Positions 1-12,116 of a DNA stretch of 64,000 bases are shown one piece after another. Position 1 is the stretch's first letter; each line of letters starts with the position of its first letter. The position numbers and the translations under genes are program-made. The stretch spans positions 10,044,001-10,108,000 of the forward strand of contig NC_135251.1 in NCBI RefSeq assembly GCF_964204865.1. Reading direction: 5' to 3'. This DNA is from Styela clava (Eukaryota). Below the pieces are notes generated by a model. That model did not search any database, was not told the origin of the DNA, and worked only from the letters and a program-made list of their open reading frames with translations.

Positions 1-239
1 ACGATGAAGTTATTTGGCACGCGAATGAGGACTCGGAAACGAGACCATCCTCCCTCAGATAAAAAGTTTTGTCTAATTTATATGCTTCTAGCCAAACAGC
101 AATTTTGGATCTCATTTCATGGGTTATTTTCCTAGTCCTTCTGTGGGTTGTTTAAGAATGCAAATAACGCCTAAATTTTACTTCTTTTCCATACTATGTT
201 TCCTGAATGAATGAACGCTCTATCATGAATACCCGAAGG

Positions 240-283
240 AAATTCAAAATTAAAAGTGTATTCTTACTTTTGAGACACCCTGT
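240..283. mobile_element. Tc1/mariner-like transposon terminus (single end)
   Basis: Reverse complement reads TA-CAGGGTGTCTCAAAAGTAAG..., a typical Tc1/mariner TIR start next to a TA target. The other end was not found. Confidence 0.4.
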
Positions 284-368
284 ATATATAGATTACTTCT
301 TTGCACTTCAAATGACTGGCGGTATATGTAGAAATATAAAGTTTTGTTTTAAAATGTTAAACATTAAC

Positions 369-1550
369 CTTTATCCTTACACATCCATGAATCTTTATTG
401 CAAAATTCCACAGATAAACAGTCATCGTCTTCCTCACACTCTGCATGAAATACAAATTAGAAATCTACCACCGTGACTATACAGATTCATTCACACCAAT
501 CCGATAAGACAAATATCGGTCACTCAAACATATTAGTGATCGATAGTTTCAGCTATATCTAAATTGTATTATGATAAATATTGAAATATAGGATATTTTC
601 TTTACATGGATTTATAATGATTGGTAACTTCATATTTCAAAGAATAGCCTCCTTTGTTGTATGGTATATAGCAATTTAGGTCACGACAAATAGAAAGAAA
701 ATTCGAAAATTTAATGAAAGACCGAACGAAGTGCAGTTATTAAATAGGACAGTTTTACTCGTTGTTCACACGTGAACGATTTCCGGCATATCAAAATACA
801 GTTTCGTCGCATAGTACGTTTTGGGTGTTGAATTTGTGATTATTTCTGGCAAAAAAATACTTTTTCGATTCGGAGTTAGGGTTGAATGTGGAATTTGCTA
901 AAAATAGGCTGAATCCGGGCTTTAGTTTGCATGCTGCCTCATACATTTTAAAAAAAAATATTTACCTGCAATCGCCTGGCATTACATATTACGGGAATGC
1001 TTTTTTGTTGTATGATATGGCAAAATTTAGAACACAGAAAATCGACAAAAATTTAGTATTTTGCTGCAAGACCGATCAAAATAAAATCGTTCAGTAAGAC
1101 ATTCGGACACGTAGTTTTCCAATCCTCACACATGTGTTATTTCGGCATTAAAACACAACTTACAATCTTAGTTTGGGTTCGGTGTTGAACTTGATTAAAA
1201 CAGGTTTAATCCGGGTTTATGTTTGAAAAATATTTTGACATAAAGAAGTAAATTCAAATAATACCAGTAAATTTGTTGAGATTTTATTTTATTTTCGTAT
1301 TCTGTTGCGTACAAGTGATCCGAATGCTGCTATAGATATATGCGATAAACTCGATGTGGAGTTTAGGTATTTGGACCAAATAAGGGCCGGTGGTAATTGT
1401 AGCAATCAAAGAATTTGTTGCATAATCATTAATTAAAGGACAATTAAAGGATTTGTTTTCATAATCATAGACATTTACCCCTTTGTTGACACGTTCCAGA
1501 CGGTTCGTCACAATATTGTGAATGATCACACTCTTCATTTACATTACAGG
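369..1550 (-). CDS. Partial gene: two tandem 72-nt phase-1 exons, each encoding a four-Cys module (C-x5-C-x5-C-x6-C)
   Basis: Exon 1550-1479 (cacag|..|gtaaat) encodes xCNVNEECDHSQYCDEPSGTCQQR. Exon 440-369 (tgcag|..|gttaat) encodes xCEEDDDCLSVEFCNKDSWMCKDK. Same length, phase and Cys spacing. The flanking intron DNA is also duplicated (~540-720 vs ~1645-1810). The gene probably continues left of the window; the 5' exon was not found. Confidence 0.75.
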
Positions 1551-2050
1551 CTGTGTAAATGACAATGTAGAAATATATTGAAACTGAGACATTTACGGTT
1601 ATCTGGTGTATAAGAAAATGACGACTCATGTAGAAAATTTATAATCGATAGTTTAGGTTATATTCGAATAGTATTATACTGAATGTGCAATTAAAGGATC
1701 CCAGATTATGGCGGGATCAAATACATTTTTATTTTTAAACAAATGCTTTTGTTGTATGATATGATGAACCAAGGTCACGACAACAGGAGATCAAATTTGA
1801 AAATTCACTACAAGGCCTACCGCAGAAAAGTTGTCAAATACGAATTTCTGCATTTTGAATGATTCCTGTCGAAATTTAAATGACTCTTTGTTGTTAGGGC
1901 CTGAAGAGAGCTGACGGTAAATGTAAAAACTTGAAATTTTGTTGCAACAAAATATTTCGGTTTCCTGGAAATTATCCGCAAGCTGTTATTGTTATTTCTT
2001 TGCACTTTAAATTAGTTTGATTATTAGACACGCACAAGCGCTTGTGCGTA

Positions 2051-5000
2051 ACGCAAATTTATTTTTAATCATCCAAGTTGAAAAAAAAATAATCGGGTTA
2101 TAGTTTTGGAAACTATCACCGCAGAAAACATTCAAAAAATATCTAACACCTAATTTTTAAGCCAAAGCAATAGCAGTTTGAAATTATTGATGCAAAATAT
2201 TTAAATCATTGTTGAACTGAAAGAATTTGCAAAATATCAGAAATATTTCAAAACGTTTTAATTGAAGTCAATTGGTGCGATTTCCACAAATACTCAACAT
2301 TTAATTTATTTTTCAAAAATATTAAATTTTAAACTGTTCCAGGGAAACTTTGGCGTGTGGCTTGTCGCGAGAACAACATATTTGTAGAAATAGAAATTAG
2401 TTGTAAATTACTTTTTGAAACGTTTTCGTATTTCATTCTCTTCTAATAATATTTCTAACCAGCTTACTGTCAGGATTGACCTATGTTTTCTGAAAACATA
2501 TTATGCTATTAAACAAACAACGATACATTTCTAATAATACCTCATACATAATGTTCTCGTAGCGTATTCAGCAATATTTGCGGAAAAAGTTCTGCGAACT
2601 TCTATTTCCATTACAGTTGCTTGCGCAAGCTATCAATTTTTAATAGAACACAAAGTGTTGCAAAACATCTTAAATTAATAGTTGTTCTAGAGAATTCAAA
2701 TTAAGTGTAGACTATTCGCTAAAACGTTTTGAGAATTTCTATTTCTTCAACTATTGAACATTCTTGTTAGAGCCGTACGATGAGGTTTTGCAAAAACAGC
2801 TTAAAAATTATGATTGACTCTAAAAGCAAAGTAGGTATAAAGTATTTATGAAAAAAAGTCTGTAATGGGATGCTTTCAAAACTAATATAGCCTTTAGCTT
2901 TTTATTTGCCCGAATCTGACAAAGCTTTGCATAAACTGCTTCAAATTAAAATTGTTTTGGAAAATCAAATATTTATATTTATTCCCGAAAGACCCTCTCC
3001 GGGGATCTATCTACTACATGGCAGATCGTATTTTACAAGTAATCATTAAACTTTAGATATCTCATTACTGAAAATTACAAACCCTGGTACGGTTATCATC
3101 ATACATCGAATATGTACACATGTTGGGAAAATTTACAAGAAAATAGTCGATTCCATGAATACATATTTAAATATAGTTACACGATGATAGATGATAGATA
3201 TTTAAATGGAAATTTATTTGATTATTTCTTGATATCATCATAATTATTTGATAGGAAATAATTGCATTTAGGTTCGTTCCGAAGGTCTAAATCCGCATAC
3301 AATTACGAATGAAATTATACGCAAATTAATATTTTAAACATTGAAGTTACAAAAAATAATCGGGTTGAAGTTTTGGAAACTATCACCGCAGAAAACATTC
3401 AAAAAAAATCTAATTCCCAATTTTTTTTGCCAGAGCAATAGCAGTTACAAGATGTTTATGCGAAACTTTGAATCATTGTTGAAACTGTAAGAATTTGCAA
3501 GATATTAGAAATATTTCACAACTTTTTAAAGAAAGTCAATCAAAGCGATTTCCAGAAATACTCAACATTTCATTTACTTTTCAAAAATATTAGATTTCAA
3601 ACTGTTTCAAGGAAACTGTGGCGTGTGCCTTGTCGTGAGAACAATATATTTGTAGAAATAGAAATTAAGTGTAAATTACTTTTTGAAACGTTTTCGTATT
3701 TCATTCTCTGCTAATATTATTTCTATCCAGCTTACTGTCAGAATTGACCAATGTTTTCTGAAAACATATTATGCTATTAACAAATACGGATACATTTCTA
3801 ATGAAAACTCATACATAGTTTTCTCGTAGAGTATTCAGCAATATTTGCGGAAAACGTTCTGCGAATTTCTATTTCCATTACAATTGCTTGCGCAAGCCAT
3901 CCATTATTTTTAGAATATGAAGTGTTGCAAAATATCTTAAATTATTAGTTGTTCTAGAGAATTCAAATGAATTGTAGAGTATTCGCTAAAACTTTCTGAG
4001 AATTTCAATTTCCTCAACTATTGAACCTTCTTGTTAACCGCGGTTTTGCAAAAATAGCTTAAAAGTTATGATTGACTCTAAAACTAAGTAGGTATAAAGT
4101 ATTTAAAAAAAAAAAAAACCATTGGGATGCTTTCTAAACTAATATACAGATCAGCTTTTCTGACAAAGTTTTGCATAAACTGCTTCAAATTACTTTCGGC
4201 AAATGAATTATTTTTTAATATTCCCGAAAGACTCTCTTTGGTGATCTATCTACTACTTGGCGGATCATATTTTACAAGTAATCATTGAACTTTCAATATA
4301 TCTTCACAGAATATCAAAACCTGGTACAGTAATATCATGCATCGATTATGTGCACAGGTCGGGAAACATGACGAGTAAATAGTCGATGCCATGAATATAT
4401 ATTAAAATATAGTTACACGATGATAGATGTTAGATATTTAAATGGAAAGTTATATGATTTTTGTCTGATATTATCATAATTATATAATATAAAATAAATA
4501 TGATTTGAGTTTGTTCCAAAGGTCCAAATCTGCATACAATTCCGAATAAAATTATACGCAAATTTATTTTTTAATCATCCAAGTTAAAAAAAATAATCGG
4601 GTTATAGTTTTGGAAACTATCACCGCAGAAAACATTCAAAAAATATCTAACACCTAATTTTTAAGCCAAAGCAATAGCAGTTTGAAATTATTGATGCAAA
4701 ATTTTTAAATCGTTGTTGAACTGAAAGAATTTGCAAAATATCAGAAATATTTCAAAACGTTTTAATTGAAGTCAATTGGGGCGATTTCCACAAATACTCA
4801 ACATTTAATTTATTTTTCAAATATATTAAATTTTAAACTGTTCCAGGGAAACTGTGGCGTGTGGCTTGTCGCGAGAACAACATATTTGTAGAAATAGAAA
4901 TTAGTTGTAAATTACTTTTTGAAACGTTTTCGTATTTCATTCTCTTCTAATAATATTTCTAACCAGCTTACTGTCAGGATTGACCTATGTTTTCTGAAAA

Positions 5001-5860
5001 CATATTATGCTATTAAACAAACAACGATACGTTTCTAATAATACCTCATACATAATGTTCTCGTAGCGTATTCAGCAATATTTGCGGAAAAAGTTCTGCG
5101 AATTTCTATTTCCATTACAGTTGCTTGCGCAAGCTATCAATTTTTAACAGAACACAAAGTGTTGCAAAACATTATAAATTAATAATTGTTCTAGAGAATT
5201 CAAATTAAGTGTAGACTATTCGCTAAAACTTTCTGAGAATTTCTATTTCTTCAACTATTGAACCTTCTTGTTAGAGCCGTACGATGAGGTTTTGCAAAAA
5301 CAGCTTAAAAATTATGATTGACTCTAAAAGCAAAGAAGGTATAAAGTATTTATGAAAAAAAGTCTGTAATGGGATGCTTTCAATACTAATATAGCCTTTA
5401 GCTTTTTATTTGCCCGAATCTGACAGAGCTTTGCATAAACTGCTTCAAAATAAAATTGTTTTGGAAAATCAAATATTTATATTTATTCCCGAAAGACCCT
5501 CTTCGGGGATCTATCTACTACATGGCGGATCGTATTTTACAAGTAATCATTAAACTTTAGATATCTCATTACTGAAAATTACAAACCCTGGTACGGTAAT
5601 CATCATACATCGAATATGTACACATGTTGGGAAAAATTACAAGAAAATAGTCGATTCCATGAATACATGTTTAAATATAGTTACACGATGATAGATGATA
5701 GATATTTAAATGGAAAGGTATTTGATTATTTCCTGATAGCATCATAATTATTTAATAGGAAATAATTGAATTTAGGTTCGTTCCGAAGTTCTAAATCCGC
5801 ATACAATTACGAATGAAATTATACGCAAATTTATATTTTAAACATTGAAGTTACAAAAAC
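2051..5860. repeat. Tandem satellite, ~1.25-kb unit, three full copies plus start of a fourth (A-B-A-b)
   Basis: Units start at ~2051, ~3319, ~4556 and ~5823 (ACGCAAATT...AATCGGGTT.AGTTTTGGAAACTATCACCGCAG). Units 1 and 3 are near-identical; unit 2 is visibly diverged and the stub of unit 4 matches unit 2. No ORF >=60 aa lies within it. Confidence 0.95.
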
Positions 5861-5868
5861 AAACCCAA

Positions 5869-6950
5869 ATCCCCAAAACAGCACTCCTACTTCATAGTGA
5901 CACCTTGTGTCCCGATCCCCAAAACAGCACTCCTACCTACTCCATAGTGACACACCTTGTGTCCCCGACTGCTTATCCTCCTCCAGGCCCCCATCCTAAT
6001 ATAGCGGTCTTTGGTGCTCAGCTGCGATCTCACGTCCCGTCACGTCACATGTCCCGTCTCACGTCCCGTTACGTCACGTGTCCCCGACTGCTTATCCATA
6101 GTTACACCTTGTGTCCCCGACTGCTTATCCTCCTCCAGGCCCCCATCCTAATATAGCGGTCTTTGGTGCTCAGCTGCGATCTCACGTCCTGTCACGTCAC
6201 ACGTCCCGTTACGTCACGTGTCCCCGACTGCTTATCCATAGTTACACCTTGTGTCCCCGACTGCTTATCCCTCCTCCAGGCCCCATCCTAATATAGCGGT
6301 CTTTGGTGCTCAGCTGCGATCTCACGTCTCGTCACATGTCCCGTCTCACGTCCCCGACTGCTCCGGCCTTTGGTGCTCAGCTGCGATCACACTTGCTCGC
6401 CGACTGCTATCCTCCAGACCCCCATCCTAATATAGCGCGGTGTTACCTGACCCTTGCAGCCAGGAGTCTTTGTCAGCTGCAGTCTCACTTGCTCGCCGGC
6501 TGTCTATCCTTCTCCACGTCGCCATTCTCATATAGCGGTCTACTGACTGCTTGCGGCACTTTCACTTTCCCACACTGAATGGCCCAGCAGTCTAAGTTAG
6601 TCTATTCTAGTGCTTCTATACTATCAGCTGCACACTCTCTGATGGCTGTTTTTCACTGGGTCGTCGACTGCCTTTCCTGCACGACCCCATCCTAACATGG
6701 CTGTGACCCCTTGCAGCTATGCGGTCTTTGGTGCTCAGGTGCGAACGGTCTACTGATTGCTTGCGGCACTTTCACTTTCCCACACTGGATGCACAGCGGT
6801 CTAGTCTAGTGCTTCTATACTCTCCTCTGGCTGTTTTTCACTGGGTCGTCGACCGCCTTTCCTGCACTCTCTCACTTGCACTTCCGCCGATATCCCCCCT
6901 TATTGCTTATCTATATAACTCCTGGCTCGCCTGCTGGCCTATGCTCATAC
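5869..6950. repeat. GC-rich, C/T-skewed patchwork tandem repeat (copy 1)
   Basis: Irregular reuse of short motifs: CCTCCTCCAGGCCCCCATCCTAATATAGCGGTCT, TTTGGTGCTCAGCTGCGATCTCACGTC, CCCCGACTGCTTATCC, CTTGCTCGCCG. A ~140-bp period is visible at 5955-6350. Confidence 0.9.
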
Positions 6951-6951
6951 C

Positions 6952-7032
6952 TCAGTCTACCTGGTGGGATTCGAGCCCCTGGCCTGATATTTGACCATGT
7001 CCCTACGCTTCCCCTGCGCCACCGCTACTGAC
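6952..7032 (-). mobile_element. tRNA-derived Pol III head (SINE-like), copy 1
   Basis: Minus strand GTCAGTAGCGGTGGCGCAGGGGAAGCGT...GGGGCTCGAATCCC..GTAGACTGA. Box A TGGCGCAGGGG, box B GGCTCGAATCC, terminal TCAGT/ACTGA pairing. No intact cloverleaf. Confidence 0.65.
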
Positions 7033-7989
7033 GAGGATCGCGTTAATTAAAATATTACTTAATCAACGACGCCACGACAGACTGCCCCGCGTTGTTACAT
7101 TGACCATACTGTAAATCTGCAAACAAAACTTCTGACTCTGAATGGAAGAATAATAAGACCGGAAGGCAGTTCATCAATTTCATCTTTTCTCTCTTCATTG
7201 CCAACTGACCGTCTGATCTATGGTCTACTGTTTTTTAATTTATGCAACATCTCAGTTTAAAATTGTCGCGGCGTCAGGCTTCTCAACAAATTGAAACAAT
7301 ATTATACACTTTAGAAATAAAACGAAAAACACCGTAAATTTTGTCTTGAAAGCTTCGTGAAAGGTGAAGGTTATAATGAAGAATATACGCTAATCAATGG
7401 AGGTTTGAACGCTATGGGCGTTATCACACGTGAAAGGAATACACGGCGCAAGGTAGTTCGCGTAGCCCGGGGGTCGAAAACCTGCGGCCCACGGAGTAAA
7501 ATAATCCGGCCTGCAACGCTTCACTGAATCACAGCGACAAAATGAACCAGGCATATACCTGACGATTTGTGAGGAGGCAGAACCCTGGATTCTCTTATTT
7601 CCGACCTGTTATATGGTGGAAAAGGGGTTTTCATATGTGATACTCTTACTATCAAAACAACGAAATCACCTTTACGTCAGGGGTGATTTGAAAAATATTT
7701 CTTTGGTGAGAATAATGCCTCTGACGCTATTATGACAAATCCAAAATTATTTTGACACAGTGTATCGGTATATCAGATTAAATCACAATGATCGGGGTAC
7801 TTCCGAGTTTGTCCAAAAAACTCTTTGCAATTCCAAAAGTCTTTTTTGAACTTACGTCTCCTGTGGCAGCAGGGGCTTTAAAATAAGCACGTGCTTGAGA
7901 GTTGAGAGAGCACGCACGAGAGGGCACGAACTTTCAATAACGCCCAGTGTCAACCTGATTCCAGCCTGCAAAACGTTTCAAAACCTCTT

Positions 7990-8968
7990 CATTTTATTGC
8001 TTTATCAGCGGTCTCCCGACTTGCTTCCACGGTGGTGTTTTCGCTTGCTCGCCGACTGCCTTTTTTCTTGTTCGCTACGCCCCCATTCTCACATTGACTG
8101 CTTGCTGCATGCTTGCATGCATGCAACAACGCAGTGGATGTTTGTTGCTCGCCAACCCACAACAACCCAGCTCAGCGGTCTAATTTCTGGCTGGTCTCAC
8201 AATTTGCTCCCCGGGCTGCTGACTTTCCTCCTCCACGCCTTATATTGTTCTTTACTTGCTCGATACGGCCCATTCTTGCAGGCTCATCGGTCTGTCTAAT
8301 GCTTTGGGTACTCAGCTGAAACTCTCCTTGCTCGCCCAACTCCACGCCCCATCCTCGTATAGCTCAGCGGGTCTACTGACCGCTTGCTGCTCTTAATGTG
8401 GATGTTGCTCGGCGACTTACAAACCCCATTTCTTTACAGCTCAGCGGTCTACTTGCTGGAACTCAACACTGTTTGGCTGGGGTCGTCTCACTTGCTCACC
8501 GGACTGCCCTTTCCTGACTTTCCTCCTCCACGCCACATCGAACACTGTTTGGCTGGGGTCGGTTGTCTCACTTGCTCGCCGAATTCACGGTCACATCCGT
8601 CACTTGCTGACAGTCTCTTCCTCCAGGCCCCCACAATATTGTCCCCAAAACTTGTTCGCAGACTGCCTTTCTCATCTGGTTTTACTCACTCACACCGGGC
8701 TGCCTTTCTTTCTCCACGTCCCAAATTAGTCTTACTTGTGCGCAGTCTGCCTTTCCTGCGGTGCAGCTCAGAGCTTTACTTTTTCGTTTCCCTACAGCTC
8801 AGCGGTCTAGTGCTTCTATACTCAGCTGCACTCTCTGTTGGCGGGACTTCACTTGCTCGTCGATTGCCTTTCCTGCACTCTCTCACTTGCACTCCCGCCG
8901 CTATCCTCCCTTCGACCGCTTGCCTATCTATATAACTCCTGGTTCGCCTGCTGGCCTATGCTCATACC
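7990..8968. repeat. GC-rich, C/T-skewed patchwork repeat (copy 2)
   Basis: Same motif vocabulary as 5869-6950 (CAGCTCAGCGGTCT, CTTGCTCGCCGACTGCC, CCTCCTCCACGCC). 8800-9248 aligns collinearly with 6794-7217. Confidence 0.85.
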
Positions 8969-9049
8969 TCAGTCTACCTTGTAGGATTCGAACCCCTGGC
9001 CTGATGTTTGACCATGACCCTACGCTTCCCCTGCGCCACCGCTACTGAC
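8969..9049 (-). mobile_element. tRNA-derived Pol III head (SINE-like), copy 2
   Basis: Box A TGGCGCAGGGG and a perfect box B GGTTCGAATCC (8984-8994). GTGGCGCAGGGGAAGCGT differs by one base from the eukaryotic initiator tRNA-Met D-arm GTGGCGCAGCGGAAGCGT. Confidence 0.7.
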
Positions 9050-9399
9050 GAGGATCTCGTTAATTAGAATATTACTTAATTAACGACGCCACGCTTGGCA
9101 GCCCACGACAGACTGCCCCGCGAAAATCACATTGAACATACAGTAAATCTGCAAACCAAATTTCTGACTCTGAAGGGAGGAATAATAAGACCGGAAAATT
9201 GTTAATTAATTTGATCTTTTCTGTCTCCTGTGTCAACAGACCGTCTGAAAATGTCACCAATATTAAATAACTCGCTGATGACCACCAAGCTCAATCATCT
9301 CATAAAAACACTATTGACTATTATTTTTTTTGTTTAGTTGGTCTGTAATATTTACGTTTCTGATTTTGCATTTCTTCATAGCGCCGGGGGCGATGAAGG

Positions 9400-10212
9400 T
9401 ATTTGGCACGCGAATGAGGACTCGAAAACGAGATCATCCTCCCTCAGATGAAAAGTTTTGAGACTCTGAATTATCTGATGAAACTAGGTTTTCGTTTATT
9501 TATTATCGTTTGTTAACAATCCGTTATTCATTTAAACTCTTTTAGTCCTTTCATGACATATGATTACAAAGAAATATATTATGACATAACAACTGAGTGA
9601 GCCCTCGCCAAATTTAGTCGAAAAGAGCGCAGCATTCCTCTGGCTACATACTTACATAACATAGTTCGTCTATTCCACCATTTTCCCTCTGTTTCTGCTT
9701 GAGTTGTACAGCTCTTGTTGGTTAGAAGAAGAAATATAAGCGATTATGGAAGAAAATATTGAGATGTCATTCCCGAAAATATTTCGTTACCCAAAAACTT
9801 TTAACTGCATTACTGTCCGTGTTTTATTCTGCATAAACTTGTGGATCTCTGTTCTCAGGTATGAACTTCAGTTAGTCTCGTGAAAGAAGTAGTCTAAAAC
9901 ATGAAACCCGTATGTCGTGTATTTCTTTGAAAGTTACAAAATATAAACCCAATGTCCAATCTCTATCAGCGGTAATGCAGCAGTGGAAGTCTCGCTAATA
10001 TATATAGAATAGGAAAAGTAATCACATATATTTGTCGGACGGATATTTTTCCAAATAGTGAATCTGTCTGTGCATGTTTAAAGGGTTTATTATTGTGTAT
10101 TTTGCTTTAAAGTAGCAAAGCATTGATTTTAATTTTTGTCGGCACGCGAAAGAATTTTGTAATTAAATTTAGTCGATTTTGGCACGCAAGCCGAAAAAGG
10201 TACCCACCCCTG
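9400..10212 (+). mobile_element. hAT (Buster/Charlie, GTF2IRD2/EPM2AIP1-like) relic with decayed transposase C-terminus and right TIR
   Basis: Translates with stops and frameshifts to FYSA*TCGSLFSGMNF...VTKYKPNVQSLSAVMQQWKSR* (ends 9998), resembling the hAT dimerisation region. Ends AAAAAGGTACCCACCCCTG. Second copy at 45300-45860. Confidence 0.7.
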
Positions 10213-11163
10213 TTCTATACTTTGCACAAAATTCACTCCCCCTACCAGGTTCCGGTTGCAACTCTGGCTTCAAGCGTTCAAAACTTTAGGATTTGACAAA
10301 ATTCTCTGAGTATTAAAAGGGTTCTCTGATGGCTCGAAAAGGTTACGAATCATTAATTTAAGAGTAGGCTAAATCTGGGATTCCAAAACTTTTACAGTTT
10401 TTATTGATTTGGTTAAGGTTGTTGCTTACTATCTCAATTTTTGTACGTATTGCTTTTCATAAACTGAATTTCTTTCTAAATCTTTTTGGTTGGAATTAGA
10501 ATTTCGTATTATATTCAATATGAACTAAAAAGCAAAACATACCTGGGACTCGTTCTAAATTGATGAGTTAGCAAGAAATACAAGCGCAGCGCTTCTCTGA
10601 TTCTATGCAATGTTTTAAAATAGTGGGATTTATACGTTTCATTAGTTTTAATAGTTGTGTTTTGAATCAAAAGTATGAAATTTACATTGGATATTCCGGT
10701 AGTACTCTGTGTGTGAAATTTGATCATTCTTTGCAACCCCCTTCGTTGCTGCGTATCACCTACGGTGTCGCAACTCTAATATGGGTAAAGCTCTGCGCTA
10801 AATCGAGACTTTATCAATTGTTACCATTGGTCTGAGAAATTAAACAGGATTTTCTCATGTAACTCGATTATATTGCTATGTATGTTATGTCTCCAACGTT
10901 TGGTTTGGACGGAGAAATTAGTGTAAATTGGACATTCAAACAATCGCAAGTAATATTATATTAAGCAAATACCAAATGTCATTTGCATTGTTTACGTTTT
11001 TTGATCACGTTTAGAAGCGTGATCCGCTCGTAGCGATCCAGGGTTGCTGGATCCTGGAATAACGGGACTAATTAAAAACGTTTAATTACAAATGACTAAT
11101 TAGCGTTTTCGTCCACTCTTCGCGCGGGAAGCGCAAGCGACAACGCCTCAGTAGCAAATTTAC

Positions 11164-12116
11164 ATGATGGAGTGCGGTCGATTTTGTGTGTGGTTGGCGC
11201 TGGAATATTACTTTTTATCAATTTGTCTCTTTGGAACAATATTCAGGTGAGCTAAATATTAACAAGTGTTTGTGAAGCTGCTATATGGTTTCCCTAAAAC
11301 TCTATATTTTTTATTGATTTAGTTAATGTTGTTGCTTACTATCTCAATTTTTGTACGTATTTGTTTTCATAAACTGATTTCTAAATCTTTTTGGTTGAAA
11401 TTACAATTTCCCATTATTTTCATTAAGAACTAAAAAGCTAAACATACCTGGGACTCGTTCTAAATTGACGATTAGCGAAAAATACAAGGTTAATAGAATA
11501 GCTCTGCTGTTACATTCATCAGATATTCGATATTTTCTCAGGCGTCCTCGCATATTTTTTATATTCAGAATTCAGTGATTCTCACACTTTTTAAGTCGCG
11601 CCCGATATAAGTCACTACGTAAGCTGCATTTCACATGACACGCTTTACATCAATGTAATATAGATAACTATCGAAACCTCAAATATAACACCAAATCCAT
11701 GGATTTAAATATACTTGGCTTTTTTACTTTTATATTTTAGTTATTGTGGATAGACGTATTCCCATTCCCACATTAGAAAGATCTGCAACAGATTATTATT
11801 GTGATATCTTAAAGAACTGTCGTTGATGTTAAAATTGAAGATGCGAAGACACGATGTAACGAAACCGAGGGAAAATCTACAGGTAATATTTATACATTTT
11901 ATTTGACTTTTCGACATCCATGGATTCCCGTAATCAATATGGTAATGCCACATACTTAACAGAAGTAACACCTCATATATTCCACAAACAGTTATGAAAG
12001 CGTCATTGGACAGTTTCTTGTCATAATAATTGTACTTCGTTATAACTGCGAGTAGTATCTTATGAAATTAAATGTCTCCAGATATCTGTGACTGTAGAGA
12101 GGATTTTCATAAGAAG
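11164..12116 (+). pseudogene. Possible decayed gene for a secreted Cys-containing (EGF/EB-like) protein
   Basis: Candidate exons: 11164-11246 (MMECGRFCVWLALEYYFLSICLFGTIF|gtgag), 11741-11882 (stops in all frames; ends ..DAKTRCNETEGKST|gtaat) and 12082-12116 (DICDCREDFHKK|gtgaa). Splice sites are good but there is no intact frame. Confidence 0.35.

Larger units (their letters stand above)
7420..9400 (+). mobile_element. Degenerate non-autonomous hAT copy (related to 36445-37918), interrupted by a ~1.56-kb insert
   Basis: 7420-7530 matches ~36620-36735. 7560-7690 matches ~37580-37715. 9260-9400 matches ~37725-37868. The last two blocks are contiguous in the 36-37 kb copy. Confidence 0.7.

Noticed and set aside
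5955-6350. CRISPR-like repeat/spacer appearance
   Set aside because: The context is eukaryotic, the 'spacers' are themselves repeated, and there are no cas genes.
5845-9048. ORFs of 60-183 aa in the GC-rich blocks
   Set aside because: They overlap in several frames, are low-complexity translations of the patchwork repeat, and have no splice or domain support.
8969-9049. Functional tRNA gene
   Set aside because: Box A and box B are present, but the anticodon and acceptor stems do not pair properly.
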